Assembly (NCBI RefSeq): GCF_963921235.1
Contig: NC_086097.1
Span: forward strand, 147,562,001-147,626,000
Reading direction: 5' to 3'
Origin: Mobula hypostoma
Lineage: Eukaryota
Length of the DNA: 64,000 nt
In this document: one piece after another, positions 11,583-22,080 of the stretch
Numbering within the stretch: position 1 is the first letter of the stretch
Layout: each line of letters opens with the position of its first letter
Translations under genes and position numbers: made by a program
The notes under the pieces: model-generated
What the model saw: only the letters and a program-made list of their open reading frames with translations
Databases searched by the model: none
Told to the model about the DNA's origin: nothing

Positions 11583-12140
11583 CTCTCCTAATGATTTATA
11601 TTGCTCTTCTCATCAACACAGTTATATTGCTAACGTAAGCACCCCTAGTCTAAATGTCTTTTTTTTTGTTTTCTTTTGGAAAATAGAGAATTAACACAAG
11701 TAAAGGGAAAGATTTGGGAAAGGGATAAAAAAAAATGAAAAAATTAAGTAAATAAGTACATAGGGATTGGATAATTATGTCTGCGGGCAGGAACAAGCAC
11801 GAACAAATTGGGATATAAACACCTACAATGGTTGGTATATAGGCTTGTATGCAACATTTTGGACCAGTGGAAATGGTCCAGAAGGGTTGTATGGAAACTA
11901 TTATTACCATTTTTCTTAACAACTAATTTCATTACTTAGCCTAATAGGTTAGATTTACCACAGTACATAATTATCTATTTAAATGTTTATTTTCCGTTTA
12001 TATCATCTCAATGTGTACTTAAGAATGTATAAATAATTGTAGTTTTATACATATAAAAAAATGGAAAAGGTTATATGTGTGAAAAAAGTACATGATAATT
12101 GTGAATTCCTTATCCAAATAAAAATAAAATTTAAAAAAAA

Positions 12141-12588
12141 TTAATACTTTTATTGTCTTACTTAGTATCCACTCCACGTTTTGCACGTGATCTTCCACCT
12201 TCTCAATTCGAGTTTCTGCCACTGCTATTTTTTGATTGGCGAGCTCTGACTTAATATCATTGAGTTGCTGTTTTATATCTTTTTGGAATCCCTGTATCTC
12301 TTCCAGAATTTTTTATCATATTTGCCACTTCGCCTGAATGAGGCCCATCGTCAGCCTCGCTAGCACACATTCGGGTAGGAGAGCTGCGCGTTGCACCTCT
12401 CTCATCCATAGGCTCTGCGGTGATGCTTTTTTTAATCTCTGTTCTTTTTCCCCATTCTTGCCCCCCTTATCAATACAGATATTTTCAAAAGATCTTATAT
12501 TTGATGGACTAACAGGGCAATATATGCGTTTTTCCAGAGGAGCTATTGATTTAAACTGCCATTCTGGACGATGATGTCACCAGAACTG
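12141..12588 (-). mobile_element. 5' part of the old L1 (5'UTR and ORF1 N-terminus)
   Basis: AETRIEKVEDHVQNVEWILSKTIK (ORF 12019..12222) joins across the TSD to LNQQESKLIDQEGRSR on the other side of the young L1. Confidence 0.85.
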
Positions 12589-12783
12589 GAGGCCAAGTCC
12601 TAACATATATTTAAAACAGAGGTTGATAGATTCTTGATTGGTCAGGGCATGAAGAGATATAAGGAGAAGGCAGAAGATTGGGGCTGAGAAAAAGAATGGA
12701 TCAGCCATGATGAAATGGTGGAGCAGACTCAATGAACCAAATAGCCTAATTCTGCTCCTTTACTTTATGGTCCTATGGTCTTA
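12589..12783 (+). mobile_element. CR1 3' end
   Basis: GGCCAAGTC..TTAAAACAGAGGTTGATAGATTCTTGATT..TTATGGTCCTATGGTC tail. Confidence 0.8.
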
Positions 12784-13100
12784 AGATGGGACTGATGGTC
12801 ATTTCAGTTCTTGTACTACTGTCACCTGACACTCGTGAAGTTTACCAAGATAGGTTAAATTGTCAGCAAGGATGGCTGTGCTGCAAACTCTTTTAACTGC
12901 AACATTACAACCCTTAAAGCAATGTCAATTGGACAAGTCGAGTATGACTGACTGTCCCATCCCTGATATGAACATCCAGCAAAAGCTGAATTGGTGTATG
13001 CACTGTTAAAATGGTTAGTGGATTGAGACCCACAATGTAGGTGAAATGTTTAACTGCCCACACCCTGCTAATAGACAATGTTCACATGTTGCATATCCTT
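12784..13100 (-). pseudogene. pol: Retrovirus-like pol, tether/connection (degenerate RNase H) fragment
   Basis: Manual translation: YATCEHCLLAG/WAVKHFTYIVGLNPLTILTVHTPIQLLLD..GTVSHTRL..GKLHEC. It continues the pol found on the other side of the Penelope insertion. Confidence 0.7.
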
Positions 13101-13908
13101 CACAGCACGCTGGAGGAACTCAGCAGGTCGGGCAGCATCCGTGGAAATGATCGGTCGACGTTTCGGGCCAGAACCCTTCATCAGGACTGAAGAGGGAAGG
13201 GGCAGAGGCCCTATAAAGAAGGTGGGGGGAGGGTGGGAAGGAGAAGGCTGGTAGGTTCCAGATGAAAAACCAGTAAGGGGAAAGATAAAGGGGTGGGAGA
13301 AGGGAAGCAGGGAGGTGATAGGCAGGAAAGGTGAAAAAGGAATAGGGGAAAACACAATGGATAGTAGAAGGAGGCAGAACCATGAGGGAGGTGATAGGCA
13401 GCTGGGGGAGGGGGCAGAGTGACATAGGGATAGGGGAAGGGAAGGGGAGGGAATTACCGGAAGTTGGAGAATTCTATGTTCATACCAAGGGGCTGGAGAC
13501 TACCTAGACAGTATATGAGGTGTTGCTCCTCCAACCTGAGTTTAGCCTCATCATGGCAGTAGAGGAGCTGCCTATCACCTCCCTCATGGTTCCACCTCCT
13601 TCTACTACCCATTGTGTTTTCCCCTATTCCTTCTTCACCTTTCCTGCCTATCACCTCCCTGCTTTCTCTCCCCCACCCCTTTATCTTTCCCCTTACTGGT
13701 TTTTCACCTGGAACCTACCAGCCTTCTCCTTCCCACCCTCCCCCCATCTTCTTTATAGGGCCTCTGCCCCTTCCCTCTTCAGTCCTGACGAAGGGTTCCG
13801 GCCTGAAACATTGACTGATCATTTCCACGGATGCAACCCGACCTGCTGAGTTCCTCCAGCATGTTGTGAGTGTTGCTTTGACCCCAGCATCTGCAGAGTA
13901 TTTTGTGT
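13101..13908. mobile_element. Penelope-like element (PLE) with inverted pseudo-LTR arrangement
   Basis: Inverted arms ~13103-13402 and ~13566-13865 around a spacer encoding a GIY-YIG C-terminus (LRLEEQHLIYCLGSLQPLGMNIEFSNFR). Approximate TSD TTG(C/T)ATATC(C/T)TT at 13089-13100 and 13909-13920. Confidence 0.88.
13153..13189 (-). ncRNA. Minimal type I hammerhead ribozyme in PLE terminal repeat
   Basis: Minus strand CAGTC-CTGATGA-AGGGTTCTGGCCC-GAAAC-GTC-GACC: complete CUGANGA/GAAA/UH core, helix I GTC/GAC, helix II GGG/CCC, palindromic ACGT in place of helix III. Confidence 0.75.
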
Positions 13909-14980
13909 TTGTATATCTTTTGTTTGACTGGAGTAACCATATGAGATGCAAATACCACTAGCTCAAATGGACCATGTGTCTCCTGGAGTAACACAGCCGA
14001 TATTGTATTACTAGTGGCAGTGACCTTGAAAGAGAATGGCTCGGAAGGATTTGGGGTCTTAAGAGCAGATGCTTCTGCAAGGCTAGTTTTAAGATCTGAT
14101 TCTGCCTTAGTGTGTTCTGGTTTCCTTTCCCATGGAACACCTTTCTTCAAGAGCTCCATAAGCTCCAAGACCACCTGTGTGGTCTCTATAACACTCCACC
14201 AAACCAAGAAATGACTTCAATCCCCTCACGTCAGAGAGAAGAGATAGTTCTGCAGCAATATCTACAAGCTGTTTATCAATCTCTCATCTCCCAGGGGATT
14301 ATGACCACTCCCAGGTAACTAATTTGCTACCTCATGATTTGAGCCTTTTTAGGGTTTACCTTCAAACCCATCTTCTATAACAGTTGAAGTAATTCTTTAA
14401 GAAACTCATTATGCTCCTCTCTGGGTCTCTGTCTAACAGCAGATCATCTACACATTGAATGAAATACTGGGGAGCTGAAAAGGCGCTCAGCCCACTTGAC
14501 AACCATTGATGGAAAATGGAGGGGTGATATGAAACCCTTGCAGCAAAACTGTCCATGTATACTGTTGTCCCTTCCAAGTGAAAGCAACTTTATACTGACT
14601 CTCTCTTTCCAATGAAACTGACCAAAATCCATTCCTTAATATGCAGCACTTTGTTACACGGTTCTGTGTAATCATGGTCTCAGTACTGGTGAGCAGTTGA
14701 AGAGGTAACTTTATTCCATTCCCTGTAATCTATGGTAAATCTCCAACTTCCATCAGATTTTCAATCTAACCATATGGGTGAATTACTTGACACTGCTACT
14801 TCCCACAAAACTCTCTGTGTTAACAGATTGAATAACTTTCTCTACATCTGCTTCTGCTTGTTTCGGAAATCTGTATTGCTTCTGGGGTTTTGGATCAGAA
14901 CCTTTCCATGCTTCCTGCCACAGTCATGCTTATGTTTAGCAAACAGTGCTGGACAATCTAAAATAATTTGTCTTGGCCCA
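13909..14980 (-). pseudogene. pol: Retrovirus-like reverse transcriptase and start of tether (loki/foamy-like pol)
   Basis: AKHKHDCG..PKPQKQYRFP..NSPIW..DGSWRFTIDYREWNKVT..NGFWSVSL..AFTWKGQQYTWTVLLQGF..IQCVDDLLL..PNPSEPFSFKVTATSNTISAVLLQE (ORFs 14487..14675, 14362..14577, 13779..14207, plus manual translation). Confidence 0.85.
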
Positions 14981-15425
14981 TGAGTCATGACACAATTCAT
15001 GGCCCAAGCGTAGAAGGAGAGACACTGAAGCAGATGAACTGGTCACTGACTTTTAATAAGTTCTGACCAGGAAAAAGGAATGCCAGGCCAACAGGGCCTT
15101 TAACTAAAACTTTCAAACTGAAAGATAATGCCAACACTGTGCCTAGGAAGCAGTAACTTATGATTAAATAAGTACCAGTCCTTTACAGAGACAATTGAAT
15201 CAATTGTGTTCTTTCCTGGAACAAAGACGATATTAAGGAGTGTAGACATTGTTCATTTTGGTCAAATCTTGACAAGACTGTGCTCAGAGAAAGGGAGTTA
15301 AATACCACCGCAGTGAAACACTAATTGACTGGAATGTGCGTACTCACGAGCGTGATTGACGAACACGTTCAGCAGTCAGCCTGCGAGGAGGCAAAGACCC
15401 CATGGCAGATTTCATGGTTGTGACA
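14981..15425 (-). repeat. 3' LTR of Gypsy chromovirus relic
   Basis: On the minus strand it begins TGTCAC directly after a polypurine tract (GGGAGGGGATGCCC) and ends ..TCATGACTCA. The left boundary is approximate. Confidence 0.6.
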
Positions 15426-16556
15426 GGGCATCCCCTCCCAAGCCACAGCTCTGAGACACCAGAGATCTGTTCCTGCTGGAAGTCCCAGAAGAGAGGATTG
15501 TCCAGAATGCCATGGGCCAGAACCCAAGAACATTCCTCAGGACCATACCCCACCAATCAATGAGATACTGGACCAGTGAGATGCAAGGAGGTGCCACACA
15601 GAATATACCAGAGACCAAGCCACCAAGTGGGGAGAGGTGGGAGGAGAATGACTGGAGCCAGAGGGGAGATAGTCACCAGCTTAAACTGGGAAACATGGAA
15701 CACTGAGTTGAATCTTCATTGATGGTGGTATTAAAAAATTCATATGAGATGTTGTTCATAGCCTTTTTCACTATGAGTGAGCCCACATATCGTAGGGCCA
15801 ACTTGCAGTTTTCAACTTTCAGGGAGGAACCCTTGAAGCCAGACCTTCTCTCCTGGCTTGAAAGGCCTCACCTGTCGGCGGACATGATCAGCTTGCTAGG
15901 CATTTTGTTTCTGAGTGCGCACCCAAGAAGTCCTGGCTCATCTCCATATGCACTTGTAGCACTTGATCAACTGTTCAGCAGCAGGAACTCCCATATCAAT
16001 CTCATGGTCAGGGAAGAGAAGTGGCTGGAATCCCTTCTGATATTCAAAGGGGACATGCTAGTGGAGGGTAACAAGAGGTTACTGTGAGCAATCTCTATCC
16101 AAAAAATTGCGAGCTCCAGAACGTAGAGTTGGAAAAGGCAAGGCAGCATTGGGTTGCCTCCAGCTCCTGAGTCACACTATCAGTCTGGCCATTAATTTTG
16201 GCGGGGGGGGGGTTGGGGGTGAGATCCAGATGAGAGGCTGGCTGTGTCTCCCACAAGACAGCAGAAGGCCTTCCAAAAATAGGATGTGAACTGCAGCGTT
16301 CGATTAGACGTATTGTCGTGAGGGAAGGAGTACAGCCTGAACGCAGCTGAACCATGAGGGTGGTAGTCTCACAGGCTGATGGGAGCTTAGGGACAGCAAT
16401 GAAATGGGTAGTCTTAAAGAACTGGTTCACAGCTATCAGAATGGTAGTGTTTCTGTCAAACGGGGCAGACGAGTGATGAAATCCACCACGAGGTGGGACC
16501 AGGGGCGATGAGGCACAGGCAGTGAAAACAGCAGACCCATAGGGCACTGGTTTGTT
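15426..16556 (-). mobile_element. Ty3/Gypsy (sushi-like chromovirus) integrase and chromodomain relic
   Basis: Integrase [31 protein letters not shown] (16095..16547). Chromodomain QYLIDW/GYGPEECSWV (15344..15618). Confidence 0.85.
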
Positions 16557-17240
16557 GTAGTCATAGTCACAGAGTCATAGAACACTACAGCACAGAAACA
16601 GGCCATTTGGCCCATTTAGTCTGTGCCAAACTATTATCTGCCTACTCCCATTAACCTGCATCTAGACTATTGTCCTCCATACACCTCCCATCCATGTACC
16701 AACCCAAGTTTCCCTTAAATGTTGAAATCGACCCCACATGCGGTGGCAGCTTGTTCCACACTCTCAGCACTCTCTGAGTGAAGAAGTTCCCCCCAGATTC
16801 TCCATAAATATTTCACCTTTCACCCTTAATCTGTGACCTCTAGTTGCAGTCTCACCAACCTCAATGGGAAAAGTTTGCTTCTATTCACACTTTCTATGCT
16901 CTTCATAATTTTGTATACCACTATGAAATCTCCCCTCTATCTTCCATGTCTGAGGGAATACAGTCCTGTCCTAATCAACTTTTCCCTCTAACTCAGATCC
17001 CCAAGACCCGGTAACATCCTTATAAATTTTCTCTACATTCTTTCAATCTTATTTATATCTTTCCTGTAGATAGATGACTAAATGCAAAACTCCAAATTAG
17101 TCTTCACCAAATATTATACAATTTCAACATCACATTCTAACTCCTGTACTCAATACATTGATTTATGAAAGCTAAAATGCCAAAAGTTTTCTTTACAAGC
17201 CTATCAACCTGTGATGCCAGTTTCAAGGAAGTATTCCCAG
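16557..17240 (-). mobile_element. CR1 3' fragment
   Basis: Reverse-complement CR1 tail (GTCATAGAACACTACAGCACAGAAACAGGCC) followed by degenerate RT C-terminal sequence. Confidence 0.8.
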
Positions 17241-17254
17241 ATTGCTCTGTTCTA

Positions 17255-17470
17255 TAACACCATATCATAGGAAAGATGTAAACAAGGTTGAAAGAGTGCA
17301 GAGAAAAGTTACAAGGATGTTTCCAGGTCTGGAGGACCTCAGTTATAAGGAAAGATTGAATAGATTAGGACTGTATTCTTTAAAACATAGAAGATTGAGA
17401 GAAGATTTGATAGATGTATACAAAAATTATGAGGGGTATAGATACGGTAAGTGCAAGTGGGTTTTTTTCT
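17255..17470 (+). mobile_element. CR1 ORF2 C-terminal fragment
   Basis: YHRKDVNKVERVQRKVTRMFPGLEDLSYKERLNRLGLYSLKHRRLREDLI. Confidence 0.85.
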
Positions 17471-18878
17471 GACCTTCCAATCTACAATAGGCTTGACCCA
17501 TAGAACACCCAACCCCAAACCACCAATCTCTCAAGGCGTTGATATTTTAATTGCTAATGACCCTGATCCTCTGAACTCCCCTCCCAGCTCTGACCCACAA
17601 ATTTCTCAATCACTCATTGACTGATCCCTTCATTCTGCTCCTGGCTCTCCAAAGAATAACCCCCACACCCCCCCCCCCGTCACCCACCCAAGTCCTGATG
17701 CTCTGAAGGGCAAACCTAGTTCCTCGTGCTTTACTCTTTTGCTCCTCAATAGGATCTAATTTCCAGTGCTCTCTCTTGTCTGACAACCTGGGCTTATGCT
17801 CAATACCTGCCAGTGTACAGTATTTGCCTTTGGGTCTTCCACATTGTGTGAAGGAGAAGATATCATAATTCAGCACTCCTGAAGTTTTTGCAGTAAGGCC
17901 ACAAACAAAATGGTCAGAGGTACACAGTACAATTATCATAATGCATGCCACCGCAGGTTTAGGAATAGATTTCTAACAGCAGAAAGACTAATTCTGATCT
18001 GTAAGCTTTTTCGCAGCAGTTGACAGATGTCACAAATAAAGAAAAAGGCGTGTGAATAGAATACCACCACGTATCACGAAGTTTACCTAATATATTCTTC
18101 AGAATGCTGTTATTGTAATGAAAATGCAGTGGCATTTACTATACGTGATAGTAAAGGTGCTGAAAGTCTGAAACACAAAAATCTGTTTTTAGTATCGACA
18201 TGTGTGTCTCATTTGGAACTAGAATCAGAAACACTGATTAAAATTTTTGCCATTTTTTGAGAAACATCTGCAGAACACTTGGCTTTTAAACTCTCATCAG
18301 CAAATGTAAGTAGACAGAATGTTCTATTCACTCAAGACATGGATTACTTTTTGAGCCAAATTAAAGCAGCAGTAATGAAAATAACATTTGAATGAGGGTG
18401 TGAATAATGAGAATCAAATATTTAATTATGTGTTCATTTCTTGCATTTTAAAAAGAGTATGGTATGTAATTACCTACCAAAATACAAATCTTACTTTCTG
18501 TGAAATTTGAAGGATATTGAAATGATGCAGTTTTAAATGCAGTTTAATGACAACTGACATTCATATTGTTCCCTTATTTATAAGAAGGCATTAAAGGCTG
18601 CTTTACAACATCAAGCAATTCATAAAATCACAGGAAAATACTATTTGGTCTATCAAGTGTATGCAAGAGCAAGTCAGCTCATTTTCAGTCCTCCATCCTC
18701 TCCCAGTAAGTCTGGAACATTCTCCCTTTACAATAGCTTTAAGTTGGGCTAAGATGCCAGGATGCCTCCTAGGAGTAACGACAAAGACTGTCAGAGCCAA
18801 AGGAGGGAACATTAGGAGGAGTAATTAATAACTTAGTCAAAAGAACATCAGAAGAATAGAAACCTAGATAAAAGACGT

Positions 18879-19170
18879 GGGCAAGTGGCCAAGTGGTTAA
18901 GGCATTGAAGGTCGTGAGTTCGAGCCTCAGCCGAGGCAATGTGTTGTGTCCTTGAGCAAGGCACTTAATCTCTGTGATGACACTGGTGCCAAGCTGTATG
19001 GGTCCTAATGACCTTCCCTTGGACAACATTGGTGTCGTGGAGAGGGGAAACTTGCAGCATGGGCAACTGCTGGTCTTCCATACAACCTTGCCCAGATCTG
19101 CGCCCTGGAGAGTGAAGACTTTCCAGACGCAGATCCATGGTCTTGCAAGACTAATGGATGCCTTTTATGA
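18879..19170 (+). mobile_element. tRNA-derived SINE with CORE-like central domain
   Basis: A box TGGCCAAGTGG, B box GAGTTCGAGCC, then GTGTCCTTGAGCAAGGCACTTAA (CORE-like). Confidence 0.7.
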
Positions 19171-19684
19171 TGAAGCAGACTCCAAATAGCCTCTTTCAGC
19201 TTCTAGTTCTCAAAGGGAATGAGTTTGTATGGTAACTAGAGGAGGTGAAATGAATTATAAATAATTTATTTCATCTCCTCTAGTTATCTTGCTAAATCAC
19301 TGACAAAATAATTAATGAAATTACCCAAAAAAATTTAAAATATATCATGAAGGGAAGTGCTGAAGTTGAGTTTCTTTGCCGTAGTATAGAAGGCTGCAGA
19401 TAAAAAGAAATTAAGTGGAGGGCAACTGGAAGCTTATGGACTAGAAAGGAAAACTCTGCAAAGTGGTCACTCTGCTTGTAGTTCATCTCCCAGTGGTAGA
19501 GAAGATCACATCATAAGAGGCAGACATAGTATGCTAAATTAAAAGACATACAAGTAAATTTCTACATCACCTGGAGAGAGTGCCTGGACTTGGATAGTAC
19601 GAAGAAAGGTTCAAAAAGCCTGTGTTGCATTTCCTGTGGGAAGATGTGGCAATGCCATGGAGCAAAAATAGTAGATTGGAAATG

Positions 19685-20210
19685 GAAAAAATGTGTTGGC
19701 ATTGGAGTGAGTCCAGAGGAGGTTCATGAGAATAATTAACCCTTTCAAAGGGCTAACGTATGAGTAGCATTTGATGACTCTGGATCTATACACGCTGGAG
19801 TTTAGAAGACTGAGGAAACGTATCTGATTGAAACCTATCAAATATTAAAATGTCTAGATAGAGTGGGTGAGGAGAGGATGCTTCCTGTAGTGGGTGAGTC
19901 TAGGACCAGAGGACACAGCCTAAAAATAGAGGGAAGTAAATTTAGAACAGAAATGAGGAGGAATTTCTGTAGCCACAGGGTGGTGAATCTGTGGAATTCA
20001 AAGCCACAGGTGGCTGTGGAGGCCAAGTCATTGAGTATATTTAAAGCAGAGGTTGATAGGTTCTTGATTAGTCAGGGTGTCAAAGGTTACAGGAAGGAAG
20101 GAGGAGAAAGGGGTTTAGTGGAATAATAAATCAGCCATGATGGAATGATGGAACAGACTCAGTGGGGCAAGTGGCCTAATTCTGCCACGATATCTTACAT
20201 TCTTATGGAC
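19685..20210 (+). mobile_element. CR1 3' fragment
   Basis: ESRTRGHSLKIEG..RRNFCSHRVVNLWNS (19863..20126) and CR1 tail. Confidence 0.85.
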
Positions 20211-20754
20211 TTTTCAATTACTTTATTCAGAACTTGCAAAGTATCTAAAAGTGCAGGCATTTAAAGAGGACGTACATATCAACACCTCCCTGCCACAAGG
20301 AAGCAAGCACTGTCCTTCAGAAACCTACAAAAGTGTGTCTGCTCCTACACCCACTCCCACCATCCCAGCTCCCACTCCATCTCCTAACTCACCCACCTCA
20401 CTCTCCCACTGACCCATTAATGAAGCATGCACTTAATCTATTAAATACACCACAATAACTGAAATAGCTGGGTGTTTTGCCTTTTAAAAGCTACTTCAGA
20501 AATCAGAACTGTGAAAGGCAATGTTAACAAATCTGTCTCTCAAAAATGAACAATTCCTGAAACAGAATGGTAAAGTCTAAAGAAAGCCATAGCTACTGCT
20601 TTGGACCCAGCTGTAACAAATTTAGTTTGTTTTAAGTTTTTTTGTAACAGCTTTAGTGAGATTACTGACAATATTCTTATGCTGCAGAAACAGTGCTTGG
20701 TTCTGAGCCATTGTCTTTAATTCTGAACACAATTACTTGGAAGTTGCATTTCTC

Positions 20755-22080
20755 ATAAGAACATAAGAAATAGGAGCAGTAGTGGGCCATCTGGCCCGTC
20801 GAGCCTGCTCTGTCATTCAATAAGATCATGGCTGATCTAGCCATGGACTCACCTCCACCCACCTGCCTGCCTTTTCACCATAAGCCTTAATTCGCCTATA
20901 ATGCAAAAATATATCCAACCTTGTCTTAAATATAGCCATAGTCATAGTCATACTTTATTAATCCCGGGGGGATTAATAAAGTATTACTATGACTATATAT
21001 ATATATGCTGAGGTAGCCTCCACTGCTTCATTGGGCAGAGAATTCCACAGATTCACCACTCTCTGGGAAAAGTAGTTCTTCCTCATCTCCGTCCTAAATC
21101 TATTCCCCTGAATCTTGAGGCTATGTCCCCGAGTTCTAGTCCCACCTACCAGTGGAAACAACTTTCCTGCCTCTAACTTTTCTTTCTTTTCAAATCTTTT
21201 TATTGTTATATTATACAGAAAAAATAACAAGTACATTGAAGTAACAACACTTACAATGTCTCAAAAAGACATTATCTTTAAGATTGAAAAAAAATTTTGT
21301 GATAACAAAAAACACCTACTAAGCAGAAAAGTGAGAGAAAAAAAAAACCCATTAGGTGTACAACCCTGGAGTCATGCGTCATACAAAAAGCTTATTTCGT
21401 GGAAATAATTTTTCCACGATCTAGTTGTAAATTTTTTAGCATATTTTCTTTTCCTGCTGGTGGTTTGATGTTTATTTTTTGAAGCTTTTTGTATGACGCA
21501 TGATTCCTGCCTCTATCTTATCTATCCCTTTCATAATTTATACCTTTTTACATAATTTCATACCTTTCTATAAGATCTCCTCTCATTTTCTGAATTCCAG
21601 TGAGTACAGTCCCAAGCAACTCAATCTCTCCTCAAAGTCTAACCCCTTTATCTCTGGAATCAATCTGGTGAACCTCCTCTGCACTGCCTCCAAAGCCAGT
21701 ATATCCTTCCTCAAGTAAGGAGACCAGAACTGCACACGGTACTCCAGGTGCGGCCTCACCAGTACCCTGTACAGTTGCAGGATAACCTCCCTGCTCTTAA
21801 ATTCAAGCCCTCTAGCAATGAAGGTCAACATTCCACATGCCTTCTTGATAGCCTGCTGCACCTGCAAGCCAACCTTGTGATTCATGCACAAGCACTCCCA
21901 AGTCCCTCTGCATAGCAGCATGCTGTAATTTTAACATTTTAATCTGATCTTTCATTTTTCCTTCCAAAGTGAATGACCTCACATTTACCAACATTGTACT
22001 CCATCTGCCAGATCCTTGCCCACTCACTTAACCTATATATATCTCTCTGCAGACTCTTCATACCTTCTGCAAAATTTGCT
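20755..22080 (-). mobile_element. CR1 3' fragment carrying two small nested inserts
   Basis: LVRPHLEYRVQFWSPYLRKDILALEAVQRRFTR (21583..21921), RTRGHSLKI..NYFSQRVVNLWNSLP, and a CATAAGAA tail at ~20755. Confidence 0.88.
21180..21503 (-). mobile_element. Short L1-like 3' end with 5' inversion
   Basis: T-rich tail and TTTATT at the left end. 16-bp TSD TTCCTGCCTCTA(A/T)CTT at 21164-21179 and 21504-21519. Internal inverted 25-mer. Confidence 0.7.

Larger units (their letters stand above)
6314..12140 (+). mobile_element. Full-length L1 (LINE-1 clade) retrotransposon with both ORFs open
   Basis: G10 start, 5'UTR, ORF1, inter-ORF spacer, ORF2, 3'UTR and AATAAA/A-rich tail. 17-bp TSD TTAATA(T/C)TTTTATTGTC at 6297-6313 and 12141-12157. 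Confidence 0.97.

Noticed and set aside
18879..18935. tRNA gene (also ~31843-31900)
   Set aside because: A and B boxes are present but no cloverleaf forms, and SINE body and tail follow.
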